64,000 bases of DNA from Candidatus Poribacteria bacterium. Its GTDB lineage: Bacteria > Poribacteria > WGA-4E > PCPOR2b. Of this stretch, positions 19,813-30,572 are shown one piece after another. The stretch is from contig OZ242351.1 of assembly GCA_965208675.1 (NCBI GenBank), positions 1,152,001-1,216,000 on the forward strand. Direction: 5' to 3'. Numbering within the stretch: the stretch's first letter is position 1; every line of letters starts with the position of its first letter. Under the pieces are notes generated by a model. It did no database searches. It was not told the origin of the DNA and saw only the letters and a list, made by a program, of their open reading frames with translations. The position numbers and the translations under genes were made by a program.

Positions 19813-21297
19813 TCATTTGCTCAACTTCAACAGTTCAAGAGACGCCGATGCAATTTCACGATCATCGAAATGGAAACGCTGCCCATTTATTTCTTGATAA
19901 GACTCATGTCCTTTTCCCGCAATTGCCACAAGATCGCCGGGCTCGGCAATCATTATCGCATGCTCAATCGCCGCTTTCCGATTCACAATCTCAATATAGT
20001 TTGCGCCATCTGGCAATCCGTTTACGATATCGGAGATAATCCGATCGGGGTCTTCGGTACGCGGGTTGTCGGAGGTGATTACGCTGAAATCAGCAATTGT
20101 CGTAGAAATCTTCCCCATCTTTGGACGTTTACCTGAATCTCGGTCTCCGCCGCAGCCGAACACGCAGATTAACCGCCCTTTCGCAATCTTTCGTGCGGAC
20201 GCCAGAAGATTTTCGAGACCGTCCGGGGTATGTGCATAATCTACAACCACGGCGAAATCCTGCCCATTATCAACCCGCTCAAATCTCCCCGGCACTACGG
20301 TCGATTCTAGTCCTTCTTTGATTGTCTGAAGAGAAAATCCGTGATGCAAGCCTACGCCAATTGCGGCAAGTGCGTTGTAAAGATTGTAATCACCTAACAA
20401 GTGCAACTTCACGCGAACGTTGCCCGATGGCGTCACGGCGGTAAAAAGGAGACCGTTAAGCGTAGATTTTACATCACGAGCGGTAAGATGGGCTTGGCGT
20501 TGGAGCCCGTAAGTCAAGACATTGTCGTGACCTACGGTTAAGTTTATTCGCTGTCGAATTGTTTCATAAACTTCGTCATCCGCATTGAGAATCGCCATCC
20601 CATTTTTCGTACGAAGCTGCTGAAATAGCATGAGCTTCGCATTCAGGTAGTTTTCCATCGTCTGGTGGTAGTCCAGATGATCCTGTGTCAAATTTGTGAA
20701 CACAGCCGTTTCAAAAGTGATGCCCGCCAACCGATGCTGCGCTAGTCCTTGGGATGAAGTCTCCATGATGGCATACCCTATATCTGCATTAGCGATTCTG
20801 GCAAATAGCCCATGCAAGGCAAATGGATCAGGGGTTGTAGTCGCCGCTGGAACGGTCACATCGCCGAAACGATGACTAACTGTTCCCATAATTGCGGATT
20901 TGATGCCAGCAGTTTTGAAGATGGAATGCACAAAGAATGCCGTCGAGGTCTTACCGTTTGTTCCAGTAATTCCGATTAGCTTCAGTTTAGCGGCGGGGGT
21001 ATTGTGCCAATTGGCTGAGATTACCGACAGCGCAATTCGTCCGTTCGGTGTTTGAACGTAAGTCACATTTGGCGGAAGGTCTGTCGGGGGTAGTTTTTCA
21101 CCGACTACTACAATTGAACCATTCTGAATTGCCTGCTGAATAAACGTGTGGCTGTCAACATTAACACCTTCGTAACATATGAAGGCGCATCCTGCATATA
21201 CCTCGCGATGATCGCTAACTATGCCATTAACTTCTAGATCGATATCGCCAACTGAAGAGAGTACGTCCACACCGCGGAGTAAATTTTGGAGATTCAC
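19813..21297 (-). CDS. murE: UDP-MurNAc-L-Ala-D-Glu:meso-DAP ligase
   Basis: GITGTNGKTS, DHLDYH, DYAHTPD and the DNPR meso-DAP motif. Confidence 0.97.
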   Translation of the reverse strand: MNLQNLLRGVDVLSSVGDIDLEVNGIVSDHREVYAGCAFICYEGVNVDSHTFIQQAIQNGSIVVVGEKLPPTDLPPNVTYVQTPNGRIALSVISANWHNTPAAKLKLIGITGTNGKTSTAFFVHSIFKTAGIKSAIMGTVSHRFGDVTVPAATTTPDPFALHGLFARIANADIGYAIMETSSQGLAQHRLAGITFETAVFTNLTQDHLDYHQTMENYLNAKLMLFQQLRTKNGMAILNADDEVYETIRQRINLTVGHDNVLTYGLQRQAHLTARDVKSTLNGLLFTAVTPSGNVRVKLHLLGDYNLYNALAAIGVGLHHGFSLQTIKEGLESTVVPGRFERVDNGQDFAVVVDYAHTPDGLENLLASARKIAKGRLICVFGCGGDRDSGKRPKMGKISTTIADFSVITSDNPRTEDPDRIISDIVNGLPDGANYIEIVNRKAAIEHAIMIAEPGDLVAIAGKGHESYQEINGQRFHFDDREIASASLELLKLSK

Positions 21298-21353
21298 ATC
21301 ATGGTACCTGCAGATTCAGACAATCTATTCGGTAATTCCCTCTCACCGTTTTC

Positions 21354-23078
21354 TCAATTCGTATCATAGCCGTTAGTGTTTCTTTGGGCGAAAAGATCTT
21401 TCTGGGTAAGGTAACGCATCACGGGATTGGCAATCTCTCGGAAAATTGGTGCAGCCACTCGACTACTCAGCGGCGCACCTGCGGGTTCGTCAACAACTAC
21501 AATAATTGAAATCAGTGGGTCTTCCGCTGGCAGGAAACCTGCAAAACTCGTAATGACTTTGCCATCCACATACCCTCTACCTTTTTCCGCTTTCTGTGCT
21601 GTACCTGTCTTGCCGGCTACGCGGTATCCCCCTACCCGTGCATGAAAGCCGCCGCCGAGTTCTGTGACCTTGACGAGCATATCGGTGATAATCTCCGCTG
21701 TTTCAGGCGATATCACACGGCGCATCTTTGTCAGGTGAAAACGCTTCAACTGACGGCCATCTTTATCAAGAATCTGTTGGGTCACGTAAGGCTGTAGCAG
21801 TATTCCGTCCGTGGCGATTGCGTTCATGGCGTTCAACATTTGCATTGCTGTCCCGGAAATTCCCTGGCCGAAAGGCACCGTAGCCATAGAATAGCCATCC
21901 CATTTGCGAAATCCTCTCAGACTGCCGTCTTGCTCGAAAGGCAAATCAATGCCGGTTTTCTGCCCAAAGCCGAACCGCCGGGTATAATCCTCCAACCGCT
22001 CCTTTCCGAGACTATTCGCAATCTTCAAGATGCCGATATTACTCGATTTCTGAATCACTTCCGTAAGGGTTAGCCAAGCGTTTGGTTTAATATCGTTGAT
22101 GACATGTCCATTCGGCAAACGGTATCTACCCATTTCGCAATACACTTCCGAATCAGCGGTCATAATTCTTTCGTTGATTGCTGCGGCAGCCGTGACAATC
22201 TTAAACACTGAACCCGGTTCATATTGCGCCCAAATCGAGAGATTTCGTTTGGATAACTCTGCACTCCGAGAATACTGATTTGGGTCATAGTTAGGATAGT
22301 TCGCCATCGCCAGAATCTCACCGCTTTTTGAGTGCATCACGATGACCGATCCTGATTTGGCGCGCCACTTCTTACATCCGGCGATCAGTTCTTTTTCTGC
22401 AATGAACTGGATAGCTTCATCTATTGTAAGGACAACGTTGTGCCCGAACGCCGCTGGATCGGGACGAAGATGTAAAATGGGACTAGCGCTGTCGTCCGTA
22501 TCCGAACGCTGAGGTTTCGTCACCAAAATTTTCGGCGTCAAATGAGAATTGTGTTGATGTTCAATACCTTCAATCCCCCTGCTCTGAAAATCCGTAAACC
22601 CCACAATGTGGCACCCCAATTCATCTCTGGGATAACGCCGCATTCCATCAACTTCATAATCCAACCCATAAATATCTTCCGTTATCCCTCGAAGTTCCTT
22701 CAAGAGACTGTAATCCAAATTCCGGGCGAGCACAACATACTCTTTATCCTTTTTCCGAAGATTCGGCAACAATGCGGTCGCTTTGGTCTTTAACAAAGGT
22801 GCAAGTTTGCCAGCGACCTCGTGCGGAGCTTTTTTCATGACCTTGGGATCCGCAACGACTGAAACTAAGTCCTGGTGGATTGCAAACACATTACGGTGCC
22901 GATCTACAATCTTACCGCGCTTAACTTGAGCTTTAGGATCAGTAATCCATAGGTTCACGAGGTGTGCCTCGCGCTGAACATACTGAACCAGAAAAAGTCG
23001 GGCAATTAGTGCAACCATGCAAATTTCTAATACAATGAGCGTCTTTAAAATTCGAGAATAATATGCAGGTCGGATCAT
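21354..23078 (-). CDS. ftsI: Class B penicillin-binding protein (FtsI/PBP3)
   Basis: EPGSVFK (SxxK), KSSN and KTGTAQK; dcw position. Confidence 0.93.
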   Translation of the reverse strand: MIRPAYYSRILKTLIVLEICMVALIARLFLVQYVQREAHLVNLWITDPKAQVKRGKIVDRHRNVFAIHQDLVSVVADPKVMKKAPHEVAGKLAPLLKTKATALLPNLRKKDKEYVVLARNLDYSLLKELRGITEDIYGLDYEVDGMRRYPRDELGCHIVGFTDFQSRGIEGIEHQHNSHLTPKILVTKPQRSDTDDSASPILHLRPDPAAFGHNVVLTIDEAIQFIAEKELIAGCKKWRAKSGSVIVMHSKSGEILAMANYPNYDPNQYSRSAELSKRNLSIWAQYEPGSVFKIVTAAAAINERIMTADSEVYCEMGRYRLPNGHVINDIKPNAWLTLTEVIQKSSNIGILKIANSLGKERLEDYTRRFGFGQKTGIDLPFEQDGSLRGFRKWDGYSMATVPFGQGISGTAMQMLNAMNAIATDGILLQPYVTQQILDKDGRQLKRFHLTKMRRVISPETAEIITDMLVKVTELGGGFHARVGGYRVAGKTGTAQKAEKGRGYVDGKVITSFAGFLPAEDPLISIIVVVDEPAGAPLSSRVAAPIFREIANPVMRYLTQKDLFAQRNTNGYDTN

Positions 23079-23099
23079 TTTTCTTTTGATTTACGATCG

Positions 23100-23399
23100 T
23101 TAGTTTTTGTCATCTCGAAGAATCTGGACAGGATTGGAAGATTGTACCATGTTAAGTTTTTTCGCAATTTTATGTATGTTCTTCACCGAAGTCAATTTCG
23201 CTTCCTGCCTTTCAAGCTCGCTGATTTCGTCGAGCAAAAAATTCTTGTGCGGCTCAAGTTCCTCGCGAACCTCTTCAATGGTTTTGTCTTGGTAAGAGGA
23301 AAACCATACCGTCACCAAAAACATGCAAACAAACAAACCCAGGACTAAATACGCAATTGGAGTCAGTTTTTTCGACGTTCTCAATCTTGTACGATTCAT
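23100..23399 (-). CDS. ftsL: Cell division protein FtsL-like
   Basis: Single TM plus coiled coil, IAKKLNM, between rsmH and ftsI. Confidence 0.75.
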   Translation of the reverse strand: MNRTRLRTSKKLTPIAYLVLGLFVCMFLVTVWFSSYQDKTIEEVREELEPHKNFLLDEISELERQEAKLTSVKNIHKIAKKLNMVQSSNPVQILRDDKN

Positions 23400-23601
23400 A
23401 AAGCTATCTTAAGAAGGAGGTTGAGGTCGTTTTCCGCACAATCTCAAAATTGAGTCCAGTGAAGCGCACGTAAGAAAATTACGCCGCGTCCGCCATGACC
23501 TAATCACGGCCGATATGTACCATTACTCACTATAAACCTAGTAAATAATCTGGGCGTGTGAAGCGAGACGGAATCGTTTTTATACCGTTGATTATAAACG
23601 T

Positions 23602-24588
23602 TCAATCGGTGACTTTAGATTCACAGATCTTCATTGCGGCACGCAACTTCGCACTGCGTGAACGGGGGTTTTTCTGAATTTCATCAATAAGTGGAGTTAT
23701 AGGACGCTTCGTCAAGATGTGGAGAGACGCCTTGTGATGGCACATACATATTGGCGATTTAGGTGGGCAAACGCAGTCACACGCAAGACTTCGAAACCGT
23801 TGTTTCACGATTCTGTCCTCAAGAGAATGGAATGAAATGACGCAAATTCGCCCGCCCGGCGTTAATGCCTCCACCGCGCAATCTAAACCCATTTTAAGGC
23901 GCTTTAATTCATCATTGACAAATATTCTGAGCGCCTGAAAGACCCGTGTTGCATTGTGGATTCGCGATCTTCTTGCTTTTGGGGGAATTGCATCTTCAAT
24001 AATCTCTGCAAGTTGAAGTGTCGTTGTGACTGGTTGGGTTCTTCGAGATTGAACTATTCGGTGAGCGACACTTCGCGCATTGCGTTCTTCGCCAAAATTC
24101 CAAAAAATCTCAGCTAGTTTTTCCTCACTGCTGCTGTTTACAACCTCCTTCGCAGAAAGCGGCTGATTTGGGTTCATACGCATATCTAGAGGACCGGAGC
24201 GCGTAAAGCTAAACCCCCGAGCCGGCGAATCAAGTTGCAGAGATGAAACCCCCAGATCCAACAACACCCCATCGACATTATTTAACGAATGTCTTTTGAG
24301 AATCACATCCAGATTCGCGAAGTCTTCATGAATCAGGGCGCATCGATCGTTGAATTCACCGAGTTTTTCCTTGGCAATCGACAATGCTTCTAAATCCAAA
24401 TCTACCCCGAGGAGCCAGCTGTCCGGTCCAGAAGACCGTAATATGGCAGCCGCATGTCCCCCCAGCCCAACGGTGCCATCAATATACCGGCCATTGTTCC
24501 TCGGTTGCAATTGTTCAATGACTTCATTGACTAAAACAGACTCGTGTACCGTCTCAGTTTTCCGCTGTGATTCCTCGACCGACGACAT
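23602..24588 (-). CDS. rsmH: 16S rRNA C1402 N4-methyltransferase
   Basis: DGTVGLGGH, DLGVSS, FQALRIFVN, SFHSLEDR and NPRSRSAKLR. Confidence 0.98.
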   Translation of the reverse strand: MSSVEESQRKTETVHESVLVNEVIEQLQPRNNGRYIDGTVGLGGHAAAILRSSGPDSWLLGVDLDLEALSIAKEKLGEFNDRCALIHEDFANLDVILKRHSLNNVDGVLLDLGVSSLQLDSPARGFSFTRSGPLDMRMNPNQPLSAKEVVNSSSEEKLAEIFWNFGEERNARSVAHRIVQSRRTQPVTTTLQLAEIIEDAIPPKARRSRIHNATRVFQALRIFVNDELKRLKMGLDCAVEALTPGGRICVISFHSLEDRIVKQRFRSLACDCVCPPKSPICMCHHKASLHILTKRPITPLIDEIQKNPRSRSAKLRAAMKICESKVTD

Positions 24589-24653
24589 GATTAGTGATCC
24601 TCGGCCAGAGTGACCATCTGACCCTCCTTGCGTTCGTCATAAATGCGGAGTCT

Positions 24654-24681
24654 ATTATATCATAGGTGTAGCCAGTGTCAA
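24654..24681 (-). promoter_or_regulatory. Sigma70 promoter of the dcw/envelope operon
   Basis: TTGACA-N16-TATAAT with extended -10 TG on the minus strand. Confidence 0.75.
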
Positions 24682-24709
24682 GCCAAAACCTCGAGTCTTG
24701 TGATCCGCG

Positions 24710-24738
24710 TTGACACCAATTTGCCGATGTGTTATTCT
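24710..24738 (+). promoter_or_regulatory. Divergent sigma70 promoter for the SDR gene
   Basis: TTGACA-N17-TATTCT. Confidence 0.6.
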
Positions 24739-24843
24739 ATCTGAAAAAATGATGGCCAAACCTAACCTCAAGCGGACTATCCGAAGTAAAATTTACGGTG
24801 TCTCAAGCAGTTTGCCTACGAACGCATAAGGAGAAAATGTACC

Positions 24844-25593
24844 ATGCGGCTTGCAAACAAAGTTGCCATAATCACCGGAGGCGCCTCTGGAATCGGACAA
24901 GCAACCGCCCTTCTGTTTGCGAAGGAAGGAGCGAAGATTGTCGTGGCAGATTTAAATGAGGAAGCCAGCCATGAAACCGTAGAGAGCATCCGAGTTGCGG
25001 GAGGCGAAGCAGTTAACGTCCGCACCGACGTAACCTCAGCGAAGGAAGTTGAAGAGATGGTGCAATCTACGCGCGGCGTTTACGGCAAACTTGATGTGCT
25101 GTTCACCGGCGCCGGAATCGCAATGCGCCTTCCCGTCGTGGATTTGCCGGAGGAAGAATGGGATCGATGCATCGCTATCAATTTGAAAGGGATTTATCTC
25201 TGTTGCAAATACGCAATCCCTGAATTAATCAAGAACGGCGGGGGTTCAATTATCAATGTGTCGTCAATTTACGGAATTGTTGGATCCAAGAACCGTGCCG
25301 CTTACCTCGCCTCCAAAGGCGGTGTTGCGAATCTGACACGCGGTATCGCGCTTGACTATGCCGCCGACAACATTCGGGCAAACTGTATCTGTCCCGGTTT
25401 CACTGACACTCCGCTTGTTCGAAGCATCGTAAAAACACAGGAAGAATACCAATCTCTTGCAGAACAACACCCGATTGCCCGTCTCGCCACCCCGCAGGAT
25501 ATAGCCTACGGCGCATTGTACTTGGCGTCGGACGAAGCTGCTTTCGTTACCGGAATTACCTTGCCAATTGACGGCGGGTATACGGCGGGATAA
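24844..25593 (+). CDS. Short-chain dehydrogenase/reductase
   Basis: TGGASGIG, YLASK (YxxxK) and DGG at the C-terminus. Confidence 0.95.
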   Translation: MRLANKVAIITGGASGIGQATALLFAKEGAKIVVADLNEEASHETVESIRVAGGEAVNVRTDVTSAKEVEEMVQSTRGVYGKLDVLFTGAGIAMRLPVVDLPEEEWDRCIAINLKGIYLCCKYAIPELIKNGGGSIINVSSIYGIVGSKNRAAYLASKGGVANLTRGIALDYAADNIRANCICPGFTDTPLVRSIVKTQEEYQSLAEQHPIARLATPQDIAYGALYLASDEAAFVTGITLPIDGGYTAG

Positions 25594-25607
25594 ATTCACC
25601 GCGCTCC

Positions 25608-28472
25608 ATGCGTCGCACCTACATGAGGGAATGGCCGAAAATGAAATTTTGGTCAAAGCTATGCTATGTCGCGTTTCTCGCCTTGTTAATTAACAGCACT
25701 TACAAGATAAGCTTCGGAGAACCGACAAAATTCTACATTGCGAACGGGTTAATTCACATTCTCCTTGGGGTTGCCTTGATTATCCCGTTCGTCCTCTACG
25801 CGTGCAGGCATTTCACCGCTTTGACTGCTGTTGGAAAAAGCGCGGTGGTCTTGCTTGGGCTAGGTGCAGTTTCGGGCGGTTTCTTGATGAAAGTCGGCGC
25901 GACGACACCCTATCGTTGGCTGCTCACACTCCACATTATCACCGTGACGCTCGGCACGATTCTGTTTATCGGCGACCTGTTCTACCGCTCAAGACTGCAC
26001 GCCGCTACGATTCAATTCAAGAAGGCAGCGAACACGGGAGTAGTTGTCCTCGGAATCGTCTTGCTTTTTCCATTCGCAGCGAGAATTGTCCAGCATTACC
26101 TGCCAAACCCGGACTACCTCGTTCAGAATCCGCTGTCCCCGCCAACCAGCATGTATGAGGAAGGGGGCGGAACTGACGGGCCATTTTTCCCCGGCTCCGT
26201 CGAAACATTCTCCGGCGATATTATCCCGACTGACTTCTTCCTAACATCTGACTCCTGCGCCGAGAGCGGGTGTCACCCCGACATCTATGAGCAGTGGAAC
26301 GAGTCGGCGCACCATTTTGCCTCCTTCAACAATCAGTGGTACCGAAAATCAATCATGTACATGCAAGATATGAACGGGATTCAGCCGTCCAAATGGTGCG
26401 GCGGTTGTCACGATCCCGCCATCCTGCTCAACGGCGTGATGGATTTTCCAATCCGTAAAAATTTGCACACCCCCGCCGCCCAAGCCGGACTCTCGTGTAC
26501 GGCATGCCATTCGATGGAGAAGGTGAAAGATACCATGGGCAACAATGGGTACATTATCAAATACCCGCCGCTGCATGACATCGCCGCAAGTGATAATCCA
26601 ATCGTCCGGAAACTCCATAATTACCTCATCCGCCTCGACCCGGAACCGCACAAAAAGAGCTTTCTCAAACCTTTCCATCGTGAAAACACCGCGGAATTTT
26701 GCTCGACGTGCCACAAAGTACACCTTGATGAACCCGTCAACAATTTCCGCTGGTTCCGCGGATTTAATGACTACGACCAATGGCAATCCAGCGGCGTTTC
26801 CCACCAGGGCGCGCTGTCGTTTTACTATCCTGAGAAAGCGAAGAAATGCACAGACTGCCACATGCCGCTTGTTGCCTCAAATGACGCTGGAAATATCAAC
26901 GGTAAAGTCCACAATCACCGGTTCCCGGGCGCAAATACGGCGTTGCCTTTAGTAAACAAACATGACGAGCAGCTCAAGTTAGTAACCGAATTTCTGCAAG
27001 ATAATCAAGTAACCGTCGATATCTTTGCGTTGAGTCCTGCGACGCCGATTCAAATTTACGGCGACCCTGGCGCCGCTGGCGGCCCCTCCGTCTTCAGTAT
27101 GACGGGGGAAGAGAGTGACAAAGGCCGAGCGGTTGGCACAGTGACAGACATTGCGAAGATTATTGCCCCAATTGACCAATCTAACGCAGCAGTCAATCGC
27201 GGCGATTCGGTTCGCGTTGATGTCGTCGTACGAACTAGAGGCGTAGGACACCGGTTCCCCGCCGGGACGATTGATGCTTTCGATGTCTGGGTGGAGTTGA
27301 AAGCCACCGACGAAAACGGCAAGATTCTCTTCTGGAGCGGGATGATTGAGGCAGAAGACGGAAACGGCCCTGTTGATGAAAGCGCGCATTTCTACCGCGC
27401 TTACATGTTGGATGAGCACGGAAACCTCATCAATAAGCGCAATGCGTGGGCAACTCGGACGGTTCTATACGCTCGCACCATTCCACCCGGCGCCGCTGAC
27501 ACGGTTCACTACAGGATATCCATTCCCGATGACTGTGGTGACAAGATTTACCTGCACGCAAAGCTAAATTATCGCAAATTCAACTGGTGGCATACCCAAT
27601 GGGCGTATGCAGGGGTTCGCGATCCTGACGACACCGATTATAAATTTGGTAAAGGGTACGATGATGGGCGCTGGGTATTTACGGGAGACACTTCGGATGT
27701 CGCTGGCAAAATCAAAGCCATTCCCAACCTACCAATCGTCGTGATGGCGGAGGACACAGCGTCGCTGAACGTAATTGACGCCGATGCCGCCCCGCCAGAA
27801 CCACAAATCATCGCTGGAGAAAACGACCGTGAGCGATGGAACGACTACGGCATCGGTCTCTTCCTCCAAGGTGATCTCAAAGGCGCCGAGGCAGTGTTCA
27901 AGAAAGTCACTGAGATTGATTCGGAATACCTAGACGGCTGGGTAAACATCGCGCGATGCCGCATTCGGGAGGGGAACATGAGTGGCGCAAACGAAGTGCT
28001 CAATAAGGCTTTTGAAATTCAGCAGAATTTGCCGCCTGAAAATCCGCATCGCGCAAAAGTGCATTACTTTTATGCATTAGTCAAAAAGGCATACGGCGAT
28101 TACGATGACGCAATCCATCAATTGCGGTTGGCGGCCGCGCAATTTCCGCGCGACAGAAAAGTGCGCAATGAAATTGGCCGTCTGCTGTACCTCCAACGCA
28201 AATATGAGGATGCACTAGTTGAATTTCAGAAAACCGTGGAGGTTAATCCAGAGGATTTGGATGCCCACTATAACATGATGCTCTGCTATCGCGCACTCAA
28301 GAATCAAGTTATGGCGGCAAAAGAAGAAAAGTTGTACCGGCGATTCAAGGAGGATGAAGCCGTCGAATCCATTACGGGACCCGTGCGCCGCACAAATCCT
28401 TTCGCCAATATAGAACGTCAACAGATTCACGAACACACATCCGCATGGAAAAGCGGCGCCGCCGGTTACTAA
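25608..28472 (+). CDS. Membrane-anchored multiheme cytochrome c with C-terminal TPR repeats
   Basis: N-terminal TM helices; CGGCH, CTACH, CSTCH, CTDCH and a non-canonical CAESGCH; TPR-like helices after about residue 740; the start may be 25641. Confidence 0.85.
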   Translation: MRRTYMREWPKMKFWSKLCYVAFLALLINSTYKISFGEPTKFYIANGLIHILLGVALIIPFVLYACRHFTALTAVGKSAVVLLGLGAVSGGFLMKVGATTPYRWLLTLHIITVTLGTILFIGDLFYRSRLHAATIQFKKAANTGVVVLGIVLLFPFAARIVQHYLPNPDYLVQNPLSPPTSMYEEGGGTDGPFFPGSVETFSGDIIPTDFFLTSDSCAESGCHPDIYEQWNESAHHFASFNNQWYRKSIMYMQDMNGIQPSKWCGGCHDPAILLNGVMDFPIRKNLHTPAAQAGLSCTACHSMEKVKDTMGNNGYIIKYPPLHDIAASDNPIVRKLHNYLIRLDPEPHKKSFLKPFHRENTAEFCSTCHKVHLDEPVNNFRWFRGFNDYDQWQSSGVSHQGALSFYYPEKAKKCTDCHMPLVASNDAGNINGKVHNHRFPGANTALPLVNKHDEQLKLVTEFLQDNQVTVDIFALSPATPIQIYGDPGAAGGPSVFSMTGEESDKGRAVGTVTDIAKIIAPIDQSNAAVNRGDSVRVDVVVRTRGVGHRFPAGTIDAFDVWVELKATDENGKILFWSGMIEAEDGNGPVDESAHFYRAYMLDEHGNLINKRNAWATRTVLYARTIPPGAADTVHYRISIPDDCGDKIYLHAKLNYRKFNWWHTQWAYAGVRDPDDTDYKFGKGYDDGRWVFTGDTSDVAGKIKAIPNLPIVVMAEDTASLNVIDADAAPPEPQIIAGENDRERWNDYGIGLFLQGDLKGAEAVFKKVTEIDSEYLDGWVNIARCRIREGNMSGANEVLNKAFEIQQNLPPENPHRAKVHYFYALVKKAYGDYDDAIHQLRLAAAQFPRDRKVRNEIGRLLYLQRKYEDALVEFQKTVEVNPEDLDAHYNMMLCYRALKNQVMAAKEEKLYRRFKEDEAVESITGPVRRTNPFANIERQQIHEHTSAWKSGAAGY

Positions 28473-28670
28473 ATTCCCCGCCGCCGTCCTACGAGACGCG
28501 AATCATCCCGCAATGGCGGCGGCATTTGGACATACGTGCCGACTTGAAGAGAAGCACCCTTCGCGCTCAACTCGAAACGAGAAAAAAATAAAAGAACTCG
28601 AGAACGACAGAATTGTCAGCGTCAGCTTTTATAATCTGCTGGTTATTGCATTCCAATTTAATGGAGGTCA

Positions 28671-29624
28671 ATGATGCTAAAAGTCGGCTTTATCGGCGCG
28701 GGCCGGCGTGCGCAGGGCGGCCATTACCCGTGCGTCAATCGCCTTGGCGGCGTCACGATTGAATCTGTCGCCGAACTCGACGAAAACCGAATGAAGCAGG
28801 TTGTGGAGACGTACAATATCCCGCGTACGTTCACCAACTATCTCACCATGCTCAATGAAGTAGACCTCGACGTGGTTTACATCATCATGGGCGAGACGCT
28901 TGTAACCCGCCCTGCCATTGACTGCATGAACGCGGGAAAGCACGTTTTTGTCGAAAAACCGCCGGGTGCGGACACTAATGAATCCCAAGACCTGCTAAAT
29001 GCCGCCGTTAGAAATAACGTCTACTGTATGGTGGGCTACCAACGGCGTTATACTGCATTAACCCAAGAAGCAATGCGGCGAGTTAAAGAAAAGGGACCTG
29101 CAACACTCGCGGTAGGAGAGTTTCACAAGCTGTTACGCGAGGGGCCAGGTGCCACCAGCACAATGTGGAATGATGCCTGCCACGTGGTGGATCTCGTGCG
29201 CTACATGGTCGCCAGCAGCGTCGTTGAAGTGCACGCCTACCAAGACAGCCACGCGTCAACTTGGCCGAATTGTTACAACGGTTTGATTCGATTTGCCAAC
29301 AATGCGGTTGGAATCGTCACGGCGAACCGTGCGTCTGGAGCCAGGTACTTGCGTGCAGAACTGCATGGGCTAGGTGTTGCCGCTTATATGCAGTTACCGG
29401 AACGAATGGAAATTTACGAAGACAACAGCGGTCCTGAAATCTTAACGGGCGCACAAATCTGCGGTACAGATCCTTGCAACGCAATACGCTATGAAGGCAC
29501 ATTGGAAATGCACTCACATTTTGTCCAGTGTATTCATAACGGCGCGACGCCCTGCAGCGATATACGCGATGTCATACAAACATCACACCTCGTTGACCAG
29601 TTGGAGGGGCTGACACACTCATAA
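28671..29624 (+). CDS. Gfo/Idh/MocA family oxidoreductase
   Basis: GFIGAG, HVFVEKP and GYQRRY. Confidence 0.92.
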   Translation: MMLKVGFIGAGRRAQGGHYPCVNRLGGVTIESVAELDENRMKQVVETYNIPRTFTNYLTMLNEVDLDVVYIIMGETLVTRPAIDCMNAGKHVFVEKPPGADTNESQDLLNAAVRNNVYCMVGYQRRYTALTQEAMRRVKEKGPATLAVGEFHKLLREGPGATSTMWNDACHVVDLVRYMVASSVVEVHAYQDSHASTWPNCYNGLIRFANNAVGIVTANRASGARYLRAELHGLGVAAYMQLPERMEIYEDNSGPEILTGAQICGTDPCNAIRYEGTLEMHSHFVQCIHNGATPCSDIRDVIQTSHLVDQLEGLTHS

Positions 29625-29684
29625 CCATGTTGTCAGTTTGGTTTACAGCCGTTCAATAACCTCTATTCAAGCGATAATGAAGCC

Positions 29685-30485
29685 TCAAACCAAGTATTTC
29701 CCGGGCGTTCTGGTGCGCTCATATTCAGCTTCAGGATCGCGTCGGAGGATAGCCTCCGGCACCTCATCGGTCCAATACTTGGGCGCGGTGCACGGGCGAT
29801 CGTGCCATCCTAGCAACAGCGTGCGCCGCTGTGTACTGCGGTTACCACGCGCTGCATGCAGCACGCGCCCCTCACCAATGACCAGAGAACCTGCGGTCGC
29901 CGGCACATCAATGGCGTCGGGATGGTCGTAAAACATGTGCGGATCGCTCTCTGAAACGTAATATGCCCCTTGGTCGTGAGCCGGCGTCAGGCGGTCGTGC
30001 AGCGGAATGCGATTGAGATGCGTCCCGGGAATCACTCGAAAACACCCGTTTTCGACGCTCGTATCCACCAGATAATAGGATAGGAATATATACTGTACCC
30101 ACGGCGCCGTGCTTATCGGGTCGTTCCAGCGCATCCAGTCTTGGTGCCAATAGAGCGGCGGCGCAGCCGGTGGTTTACTGAGGATAATGAAGCCGCCGTG
30201 GGAATAGAAATCGTCCAGCTGCATTGCATTTAGCACCTCCCACGTCGGCTCCCAGTGAATTAACCGATCGATTACCGGTTCCGCAGTGCCCCGTACCGAC
30301 AAATCAGAACCCTGGTACTTCCATTCCGGAGGGTGTTCTACGGAGTCAAGTAACCGGTCTGTCTCCCGCCGCAACTCTTCAAGAAAATCCTCGGACAATA
30401 CATCCTCCACCACGCAGTACCCATCCTTGATTAACTGGTTGCGCTTCTCAAGCGCGGTATCAGGTTCCACGATAACCGGGTTCAC
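29685..30485 (-). CDS. Phytanoyl-CoA dioxygenase (PhyH) family protein
   Basis: WHQD, ENGCFRVIPGTH and LHAARGN. Confidence 0.9.
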   Translation of the reverse strand: MNPVIVEPDTALEKRNQLIKDGYCVVEDVLSEDFLEELRRETDRLLDSVEHPPEWKYQGSDLSVRGTAEPVIDRLIHWEPTWEVLNAMQLDDFYSHGGFIILSKPPAAPPLYWHQDWMRWNDPISTAPWVQYIFLSYYLVDTSVENGCFRVIPGTHLNRIPLHDRLTPAHDQGAYYVSESDPHMFYDHPDAIDVPATAGSLVIGEGRVLHAARGNRSTQRRTLLLGWHDRPCTAPKYWTDEVPEAILRRDPEAEYERTRTPGKYLV

Positions 30486-30572
30486 CCTCTCATTCTGATG
30501 TTAGCGAAGCATCTCACGCGCCCTATACCAACTAAACTGTCAATTACTGTCTGATGTGATAGTTATGGATAA

